Part shown: positions 44,311 to 50,993 of the stretch, one piece after another
How positions within the stretch are numbered: position 1 is the stretch's first letter
Layout of the letters: each line of letters opens with the position of its first letter
Assembly (NCBI GenBank): GCA_025923055.1
Contig: JAICGP010000001.1
Coordinates: 1-51,163, forward strand
Reading direction: 5' to 3'
DNA from: Thermoleophilia bacterium
GTDB taxonomy: Bacteria; Actinomycetota; Thermoleophilia; Gaiellales; Gaiellaceae
DNA: 51,163 nucleotides
The notes under the pieces: generated by a model
What the model saw: only the letters and a program-made list of their open reading frames with translations
What the model was told of the DNA's origin: nothing
The model's database searches: none
Program-made: the position numbers and the translations under genes

Positions 44311-46566
44311 TCAGATGGCACCGAGCTCCCGGGCCCGCTGAACCGCGGCCTGGCGCGACGACACCCGGAGCTTCTGGTAGATCGACTTCGTGTGCGAGTG
44401 GATCGTGTTGAAGGACAGGAAGAGGATCTCCCCGATCTCGCGCTTGGCGAGGCCGTCCGCCAGGTAGCGAAGCACTTCCAGCTCGCGCTCCGTGAGCTCG
44501 CTGTCGCCGTCGATCCTCCGGTGAGCCGGAACCATCGTGCGCGTCACCTCCTCCAGCCGCTCGCGCAGCTCGCCGGGATCCGTACAGCCTTGGACCAGCG
44601 CCCGCGCCTCGGCGAGGAGCGCCCGCGCCTCTTCGCGGGCGCCGAGCGCTCGGCGGACGGGCGCGAGCGCGAGAAGCGCGTCGGCAACGAAGAGCTCCTC
44701 GCCGCGCGCGCGTAGCCTCGCAAGCCCCCGCTGGAGGAGCACGGACGCCTCGTGGAGCTCCCCCTCGGACGCGCGGACGACGCCGAGAGCCGTGTAGGCG
44801 AACCCGGAGCTGGGCTCGTCCGCGAGGCCGTGGGCCTCGACGAGCTCCACGGCGACGGCGGCAGCGGCACGGGCGCCGCTCATGTCCCCGACGGACAGCA
44901 GCGCGCGTGCGAGCAGCGCCCTGGAGGCGGAGGCCACGAGCCATTGCTGCCGCCGGCCGGCGAGGCGGGCCGCTTGCCGAAGCGGCGTCAGTGCGTCGGT
45001 CGTCGTGCCGCCCCAGACGAGCGCCGACCCGAGCGCGAAGAGCACCGTCGGCTGCCAGGCCGAGCGCCGCTCGCCTTCGAGCTCGGACGCGCGCGCGGCC
45101 GCCGAGGCCATCGTCCGCGCGTCGCCGTAGGGGAAGCACGCCCGTGCGAGCGCGCCGAGCGCCTCGAGCGAAGTCCCGTCCGCGAACGTCTCCGCGCTCT
45201 CAGCTGCCTCGGCGTCCGCCAGCGCCTCGAGCGCCTCCTCGCGGCGGTCGAGCCTGGACAGCGCCCAGGCCCTCGCGAGCGCGAGCCGGGCGTCGTGCTC
45301 GACGCGGGCGGCCGGCAGCAGGTCGAGCCAACGAAGGATCGGCTCCGCGCGCTCGACCAGGACGGCCGTGACCCACCGCTCGGCCACGAGGTCGGCAGCG
45401 GCGTCGAGGTCCCCGGCGGCGATCGCATGGCGAACGGCCTCGAAGACGCGACCCTCGTCGCCGAGCCACCGGGACGCGCGCCGGTGCAGCTCTCGCCTGT
45501 GCTCCTCGTCGCGCCTCGCGAGCTGGGTGCGCAGCGTCTCGGCGAACAGCTGGTGGTAGCGATACCACTCGCGCCGGTCGTCGAGCGGGAGGAGGAAAAG
45601 GTTGGCCCGCTCGATGGCGAGGAGGACGGCTGCGGAGTTCTCCCGACCGGTGACGGCGTCGCAGAGCGCCCCGTTCATGGACTCGAGGATGGAGGTCTCG
45701 AGCAGGAACTCCCGGACGTCGGGCTCGAGCGTATCGAGCACGACCTCCGCCAAGTAGTCGACGACGTGCCGGCTCGAGCCGCCGAAGCGCGCGACGAAGG
45801 CGGTCGGATCGCGGACCGTGCGCAGGGAGAGCGACGCGAGCTGGACTCCCACCGGCCAGCCCTCGGTCCGCTCATGGAGCACGGTCACGCTCTCGGACGA
45901 GAGCCCGAGCTGTAGCGTCTCGTTGAGGAACGCGGCCGCCTCGTCGCGCGTGAGGCAGAGGTCGAGGGCGCGGACCTCGAGCAGCTCGCCCGTGGCTCGC
46001 AACCGCCCGATCGGGATTGGTGGATCCGAGCGTGAGGAGAGCGCGACGGTGACGTTCCTCGGACGGCGCTCCAGGAGGAAGGCGACCGAGTCGTGGCACT
46101 CGCGGCTCTCGATCACCTGGTAGTCGTCGAGGACGAGGACGATCTCGTCGCCCAGCGACTCGAGCTCGCTCAGGATCGCCGGGAGGACCGTCTCGGCAAC
46201 GTCGGCGCGGCAGGCGGGCAGCGCGGCCAGGGCGGACGCGCCGAAGCTCGGCTGGAACCTGCGAATCGCCTCCACGACGTAGCTCCAGAAGACGGCCGGG
46301 TCGTTGTCGGCGCCGTCGAGGGAGACGCATGCAAACGGGCGGCCGTCGGCCTCCCGCCATTGCGCGAGCACGGTCGTCTTCCCGAAGCCCGGGGGTGCCG
46401 CCAGCAAGACGAGCGTCGGGCGCGCTTCCGCGAGGACGCCGGTCAGCCGGGGGCGGGGGAGCACCTCGCTCGAGCAGCGGACGCCCTCGAGCTTCGCCTC
46501 GAAGATGGCCGAGGGGTTCGGCCTCCGACCAACGATCGTCTCGTCCGCGACCTGCGCGCTTGACAA
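44311..46566 (-). CDS. LAL/MalT-like large ATP-binding LuxR-family transcriptional regulator
   Basis: Walker A LLAAPPGFGKTT, long helical/TPR-like middle region, C-terminal LuxR HTH (LTERELEVLRYLADGLAKREIGEILFLSFNTIHSHTKSIYQKLRV). TTG 46566 is preferred because GGAGG lies 8 nt upstream and GC3 rises there; the track start is GTG 46644. Confidence 0.88.
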   Translation of the reverse strand: MSSAQVADETIVGRRPNPSAIFEAKLEGVRCSSEVLPRPRLTGVLAEARPTLVLLAAPPGFGKTTVLAQWREADGRPFACVSLDGADNDPAVFWSYVVEAIRRFQPSFGASALAALPACRADVAETVLPAILSELESLGDEIVLVLDDYQVIESRECHDSVAFLLERRPRNVTVALSSRSDPPIPIGRLRATGELLEVRALDLCLTRDEAAAFLNETLQLGLSSESVTVLHERTEGWPVGVQLASLSLRTVRDPTAFVARFGGSSRHVVDYLAEVVLDTLEPDVREFLLETSILESMNGALCDAVTGRENSAAVLLAIERANLFLLPLDDRREWYRYHQLFAETLRTQLARRDEEHRRELHRRASRWLGDEGRVFEAVRHAIAAGDLDAAADLVAERWVTAVLVERAEPILRWLDLLPAARVEHDARLALARAWALSRLDRREEALEALADAEAAESAETFADGTSLEALGALARACFPYGDARTMASAAARASELEGERRSAWQPTVLFALGSALVWGGTTTDALTPLRQAARLAGRRQQWLVASASRALLARALLSVGDMSGARAAAAVAVELVEAHGLADEPSSGFAYTALGVVRASEGELHEASVLLQRGLARLRARGEELFVADALLALAPVRRALGAREEARALLAEARALVQGCTDPGELRERLEEVTRTMVPAHRRIDGDSELTERELEVLRYLADGLAKREIGEILFLSFNTIHSHTKSIYQKLRVSSRQAAVQRARELGAI

Positions 46567-46717
46567 CGGCTCTCCCTCCGCTCGACGTCTTCGCCGCCGC
46601 CAAATCTCGCTCGCGGACGTGCTGCGGGGCAATGAAGCTCGCACCGAACATGCCGTGGTGCGCGCATCCCAACCCGCAGGGGTGCGATACCGCGGGATTC
46701 CGGCGCCGGCGGCTGCT

Positions 46718-47455
46718 CTAGGAGGTTCCGGAGGGCCCCGGCTCGGGGGTAGCCACGGGCGCCTCCGCGAGGAAGAGGAGCGTCGCCATCACGCGCTTGC
46801 TGACGTTCTCCGCCTCGGAGAGGCCGAGCTTGAGGAAGATCGAGTTGATGTGCTTCTCGACGGCGCGCTTCGTGAGGACGAGCGACTCGGCGATCGCGGC
46901 ATTGCTCTTGCCCTGGGCGATCTCGGCGAGCACCTCCTGCTCACGCTGCGTCAGCTCCGCGAGCGGCGACTGCTCGCGGCGCGCGCTCGCCGCCACGAGC
47001 ACCTCGACGATCCGGGGGTCGATCACCGACCCGCCGCTCGCCACCGACTCGATGGCGGAGACGAGCTGGGCCCGGTCGTGGACGCGCTCCTTCAGGAGGT
47101 ACCCGCGCCGGTCGGAGCCGGCCTCGAGCAGGGCCAGCGCATAGCGAGGCTCCGCGTACTGGCTGAGGACGACCACGCCGACCTCCGGATGGAGGCGCCG
47201 CAGCTCGACCGCCAGCCGAATGCCTTCGTCGGTTCCGGAAGGCGGCATGCGGATGTCCGTGAGGACGACGTCGGGCTGCGTCGTCTCGACCGCCTCGAGG
47301 AGGGAGGGGAGATCTCCGCACGACGCGACGACTTCGACGTCGGGCTCGGAGGAGAGGATCTGCTGAAGACCTTCGAGGACGAGGAGGCTGTCGTCCGCGA
47401 GCGCGACGCGAATCGGCACGAGGTCACGATAGTCACAGGGCAGGCGGGCGGGCAT
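46718..47455 (-). CDS. NarL/FixJ-family response regulator (REC plus LuxR HTH)
   Basis: IRVALADD, VVLTDIRMP phospho-acceptor, and C-terminal LTQREQEVLAEIAQGKSNAAIAESLVLTKRAVEKHINSIFLKLG. The start is ATG 47455 or GTG 47419. Confidence 0.9.
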   Translation of the reverse strand: MPARLPCDYRDLVPIRVALADDSLLVLEGLQQILSSEPDVEVVASCGDLPSLLEAVETTQPDVVLTDIRMPPSGTDEGIRLAVELRRLHPEVGVVVLSQYAEPRYALALLEAGSDRRGYLLKERVHDRAQLVSAIESVASGGSVIDPRIVEVLVAASARREQSPLAELTQREQEVLAEIAQGKSNAAIAESLVLTKRAVEKHINSIFLKLGLSEAENVSKRVMATLLFLAEAPVATPEPGPSGTS

Positions 47456-47550
47456 GCGCGCACGTCCGGAGAGAGACGTGTCGGCCACCGTGCGCGAGAC
47501 CGGCGAGCCCCATTGCGCGGGGCTCGCCGCCGGACGAAGGTTTCGGCGAG

Positions 47551-47964
47551 ATGTCGGAGGAGCAACGGGGCCCGGTCGGCGTTCTCGTCGTGGACGATCA
47601 GGCGCACTTCAGGCGAGTCGCCCTCGAGGTGATCGAGGCGACGCCCGGGTTCGAGCTCGTCGGCGCCGCCGCTTCGGGCGACGAGGCGCTCGCGCTCGTC
47701 GCCAGGACGAGCCCCGATCTCGTCCTCATGGACGTTCGCATGCCGGGCATGGACGGGCTCGAGACGACGCGGCGCCTCCGTGCTGCGCACGCGCCGGCCG
47801 TGATCGTCCTCGTGTCGATCGACCGACGAGCGGAGCTTCCCCGGGAGATCGACTCCTGCGGGGCCAGGACGCTGCTGCGAAAGCAGGATTTCGGGCCGCT
47901 CGCGCTGCGCCGTTTGTGGGAAGCTCACGGGACGCCCGGCGCGTCCCCGGCGCCCAGGCCGTAG
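47551..47964 (+). CDS. receiver-only response regulator (CheY-like, no output domain)
   Basis: VLVVDDQ, LVLMDVRMPGMDG, LLRKQDF. 137 aa. Divergent from the NarL-type regulator. Confidence 0.8.
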   Translation: MSEEQRGPVGVLVVDDQAHFRRVALEVIEATPGFELVGAAASGDEALALVARTSPDLVLMDVRMPGMDGLETTRRLRAAHAPAVIVLVSIDRRAELPREIDSCGARTLLRKQDFGPLALRRLWEAHGTPGASPAPRP

Positions 47965-47997
47965 GCCTCTCCCGCATCGCAGCGAGCCGCACGCCGT

Positions 47998-48025
47998 TCA
48001 CCCGGGTGAACGAGCGGGCGGGTGA
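47998..48025 (+). promoter_or_regulatory. three-box element TCACCCGGGTGA-N10-GGGTGA (copy A; 16-bp perfect palindrome GTTCACCCGGGTGAAC at 47996-48011)
   Basis: About 95 nt upstream of ATG 48122, in the gap after the receiver-only regulator. Confidence 0.5.
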
Positions 48026-48121
48026 GGACTCGTGCCGCCCGCGGGCCGAGACTCGGCACCGCGGGACGCCCGCGGTCGGCTTCGGCCGCAGGCGCCCGCC
48101 CAACGAAAGGAGAAGGCGGAG

Positions 48122-48499
48122 ATGCTCTTGGCGGAATCGTTCCTGGACGTCTTCTGGTGGATGGTCGTCGCGTTCTTCTGGGTGATGTACTTCTGGGTGT
48201 TCATCTCGCTCTTCGGCGACATCCTCCGTCGCGACGACCATTCGGGCTGGGCGAAGGCGGGCTGGATCGTCCTCCTGTTCGTCCTGCCGTTCCTCGGGGC
48301 GTTGATCTACATCATCGCCCGTCCCAAGGTCACGCCGCAGGACGTCCGTGCCGCGACGCAGATCGAGGCAGCGCAGCGCGCCGTCGCAGGCGTCTCGACT
48401 GCGGACGAGCTCTCGAAGCTCGCTGAGCTTCGCAGCCAGGGCGTGCTGAACGACCAGGAGTACGAGGACCTGAAGCGCAGGGCCCTGGCCGGGGCATGA
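48122..48499 (+). CDS. PLDc_N-type small membrane domain fused to a SHOCT domain
   Basis: ATG 48122 with SD AAAGGAGAAGG. N-terminal two-TM unit ...GWAKAGWIVLLFVLPFLGALIYIIARP, and C-terminal LSKLAELRSQGVLNDQEYEDLKRRAL. Confidence 0.8.
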   Translation: MLLAESFLDVFWWMVVAFFWVMYFWVFISLFGDILRRDDHSGWAKAGWIVLLFVLPFLGALIYIIARPKVTPQDVRAATQIEAAQRAVAGVSTADELSKLAELRSQGVLNDQEYEDLKRRALAGA

Positions 48500-48574
48500 G
48501 CATTGCCGGCCAAAGCAGCGCGCGCCCGGCACATGGGCGCTCGGGCGCGCGGCCCGCGGAGGAGCGAGTGCGAG

Positions 48575-48604
48575 TCACCCGGGTGAAACCGGGGCGGCGG
48601 GTGA
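48575..48604 (+). promoter_or_regulatory. three-box element TCACCCGGGTGA-N12-GGGTGA (copy B)
   Basis: Lies in the 170-290-nt gap upstream of the next membrane-protein genes. The third-box decamer GCGGGTGAGG is identical to copy A. Confidence 0.5.
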
Positions 48605-48670
48605 GGTCAGCCTGCCTCTCGGCTGCAACGCTCGCGCTCGTGCACACGCCCTCGAGACACTGGAGGCTCG

Positions 48671-48850
48671 GTGCCTGAGGCGGTCGAGCCGTCCGTCCTC
48701 GCTCTGCTCGCGCTGGGAAGCGGTCTCGGGCTCGTCCTGGCGGGGGTCGCCCTGCGGACGAACCTCCTCGAGGAGCGCGCCCGCCCGGCCCGATGCGCCG
48801 CGTGCGGGCGACTTCGCCCAGCGAACCGGGGATGTCGGTGTCCGGGCTAG
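48671..48850 (+). CDS. possible 59-aa TM mini-protein with C-terminal CxxC...CxC
   Basis: GTG 48671 lies 4 nt after GGAGG. It has one TM helix (PSVLALLALGSGLGLVLAGVAL) and the tail CAACGRLRPANRGCRCPG. GC3 is good for about 40 codons. It is below the track length cutoff and overlaps the next ORF's N-terminal extension. Confidence 0.3.
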   Translation: MPEAVEPSVLALLALGSGLGLVLAGVALRTNLLEERARPARCAACGRLRPANRGCRCPG

Positions 48851-49281
48851 AGGCGGGCGAGCGCTCCACGCGGGACGCCTCCGTCGACCGGTCTGGTCGC
48901 GTCCGTTTCGCCGGAATCCTCGTGATCCTCATCGGAGCGTTCAACGTCATCCAGGGGATCGCCGCAGCCGCACAGGAGACGTACTTCGCGGTGACGCCCG
49001 ACGGGCTCCTCGTCTGGGACTACGACGGCTGGGCGGGAATCTGGTTCGTGCTCGGCGGCCTGCAGCTGCTCGCCGGCCTCGGCATCCTCGCCGGAAAGCG
49101 GTGGGCGAGAGTCGCCGGAGTCATCCTCCTCATGCTCGTCGCAACGGGCCAGATCGCATTCCTGGCGGCGTTTCCGCTCTGGGCGGTGCTCACGATCGCG
49201 ATCGCGGTCGTGGCCATCAACGCGCTCGTCGTTCACGGTGAGAGCTTCGGCCCGACCGCCGAACGGGGCTCGCGGTCGTGA
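48793..49281 (+). CDS. four-TM membrane protein (DUF7144-like), paralog 1
   Basis: Core FAGILVILIGAFNVIQGIAA...WAGIWFVLGGLQLLAGLGILAGKRWARVAGVILL... aligns with the 49542 gene. The start is ATG 48793 or ATG 48832. Confidence 0.75.
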   Translation: MRRVRATSPSEPGMSVSGLEAGERSTRDASVDRSGRVRFAGILVILIGAFNVIQGIAAAAQETYFAVTPDGLLVWDYDGWAGIWFVLGGLQLLAGLGILAGKRWARVAGVILLMLVATGQIAFLAAFPLWAVLTIAIAVVAINALVVHGESFGPTAERGSRS

Positions 49282-49499
49282 GGACGGCCACCTCTCTCTT
49301 CGCCGACGTCGCGGTCTTCGAGGGCCTTCTCTTCCCGCTCGTGAACCTCGCCGTCCTCGCGACCTGGGGCTACGTGCTCGTGGACCTCTTCCGCAACCCG
49401 AGGCTGTCCGGCGGGGCGAAGGCGATGTGGCTGCTCGCGATCGTGCTCCTGCCGATCGCCGGGGCGGTCATCTACCTCGCGGTGCGCGAGGACTGGTAG
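49278..49499 (+). CDS. PLDc_N-type small two-TM protein
   Basis: 73 aa. VLVDLFRNPRLSGGAKAMWLLAIVLLPIAGAVIYLAVRE parallels the N-terminus of the 48122 gene. GTGA overlap with the upstream gene. Confidence 0.7.
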   Translation: MRTATSLFADVAVFEGLLFPLVNLAVLATWGYVLVDLFRNPRLSGGAKAMWLLAIVLLPIAGAVIYLAVREDW

Positions 49500-49541
49500 C
49501 CCGAGGGACGTCCACTGTCCGGTTCGGAGAAAGGAGCCAAG

Positions 49542-49964
49542 ATGAGTGAGTACGAGACCACACGAGCGCGGGAGCCCCTCAGCGGCTGGGCGGTCGGCGG
49601 CATCGCGTTCGCCGGCGTCATGCTCGTCGTGCTGGGGCTCTTCCAGACGATCTCCGGGCTCGCGGCGATCTTCGAGGACGACTTCTTCGTCGTGGCCGCG
49701 AACTACACCTTCGAGCTCGACGTGACCGCCTGGGGATGGATCCACCTCGTCCTCGGGATCGTGATGATCCTCGCCGGCTTCTCGCTCTTCGGGGGGAGCA
49801 CGTGGGCCCGCGTCGTCGGCATCGCGCTGGCGGTGCTCGCCGCGATCGCGAACTTCTTCTTCATCCCGTACTACCCGTTCTGGTCGCTCCTCATCATCGC
49901 GCTCGCGGTGTGGGTGATCTGGTCGCTGACGCGTCCGCTCGACCCCGTGCGCCGAGGAGCCTGA
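49542..49964 (+). CDS. four-TM membrane protein (DUF7144-like), paralog 2
   Basis: SD AAAGGAG. Contains SGWAVGGIAFAGVMLVVLGLFQTISGLAAIFEDDFFVV...WGWIHLVLGIVMILAGFSLFGGSTWARVVGIALAVL... Confidence 0.8.
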   Translation: MSEYETTRAREPLSGWAVGGIAFAGVMLVVLGLFQTISGLAAIFEDDFFVVAANYTFELDVTAWGWIHLVLGIVMILAGFSLFGGSTWARVVGIALAVLAAIANFFFIPYYPFWSLLIIALAVWVIWSLTRPLDPVRRGA

Positions 49965-50054
49965 GAACGAGGACGGATTGAGGTGGACAGGGAGAGACCC
50001 CTCGGTTAAGGATGCCGCCTCGAGGGGGGACTCGCCCAGAAGGAGGGACAGGTC

Positions 50055-50402
50055 ATGAGACGACTGCTCGTTGCGGGCCTGGCTGCGCTGATCGCGCTCG
50101 CAGGGGCGAGCGTGGCCCGCGCCGATCACACGCACGTGCTGATCCTGCCCAACGGCAAGTGCGCGATCCTCGCCGCCGCGGGGAACGAGAAGTATCAGAT
50201 CCTTCCGGCCGTGCTTTTCAGCAACAACCCGAACGTCGACGCCGACGACGCGGCGGGCGGCCTCGACAACCTGCCGCTGAACCGCAGGCATCCCCTGCAC
50301 GTGCTGGTGCACCTCGGCGTGCCCGGGGCGGACGGGGACATCGCGGTCATGGGCTCGGCCCAGGACCCCTGCGCCGCGACGGGTGACTACGTGAACGGCT
50401 GA
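50055..50402 (+). CDS. small secreted hypothetical protein
   Basis: SD GAAGGAGGG. Signal peptide MRRLLVAGLAALIALAGASVARA. The mature part is 92 aa and His-rich, with 2 Cys. Confidence 0.6.
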   Translation: MRRLLVAGLAALIALAGASVARADHTHVLILPNGKCAILAAAGNEKYQILPAVLFSNNPNVDADDAAGGLDNLPLNRRHPLHVLVHLGVPGADGDIAVMGSAQDPCAATGDYVNG

Positions 50403-50529
50403 ACGGCCCGCGCCGGTTCGCGCTCGGCCGGTGGTCATCGCCGAATTGGCGGCCCAGCCTGGCGGCGGCGGTAAGGGCCTGACCAGCGTCGCGTTGAGCT
50501 ACGTCAGTCAGGCCCATGCCTCGCCGGTC

Positions 50530-50814
50530 TCAGGCGCTTCCGACCGTGTTGTCGCGGAAGACGAACGCTCCCTCACCGAACGGCGGCAAAGGCTTGATGC
50601 ACGTCCAGCCGTCACCGTTTCCGTCGAGCGAGGCAAGGCCGCTCTGGTCTTCCGGGGGTACGCCGAGGCTCTCGACGGTGACCAAGTCCCACTTGTCGCT
50701 CCCGCCTTCGGGGCATCCCCCGATGTTCTTCCCGACCGCAGTGCTCGGGACGAGTAGCGCAGCGGCTATGGCCGCCAAACCGAAGACGAGAGCGAAACGC
50801 CGAAACGTGCTCAT
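50530..50814 (-). CDS. small secreted hypothetical protein
   Basis: SD GGGAGGAAAG. Signal peptide MSTFRRFALVFGLAAIAAALLVPSTAVG. The mature part has 2 Cys. An upstream TTGACA (50870-50875, minus strand) with 18 nt to TTACTC is promoter-like. Confidence 0.6.
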   Translation of the reverse strand: MSTFRRFALVFGLAAIAAALLVPSTAVGKNIGGCPEGGSDKWDLVTVESLGVPPEDQSGLASLDGNGDGWTCIKPLPPFGEGAFVFRDNTVGSA

Positions 50815-50993
50815 CTTTCCTCCCGGGGTTGGACGAACGAAGCCTGGAGTAAGGCAAACCGGAGGCTCCTTGTCAAGAAGCGCACAAGCGCCGAAGAAGG
50901 GCGCGGGCGGGCGGAAAGGGCATCCAGAGGGTGCGCACCGAGTACGCAGGGGGACGCACTTCCGACGCTCGAGATCAGCTGACCCGCTCGACC

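Noticed and set aside
48032-48121. N-terminal 30-aa extension of the PLDc_N-SHOCT ORF in the track (start 48032).
   Set aside because: The extension is Arg/Pro/Ala-rich with poor GC3 and overlaps the structured leader. A strong SD precedes ATG 48122, where the hydrophobic domain begins.
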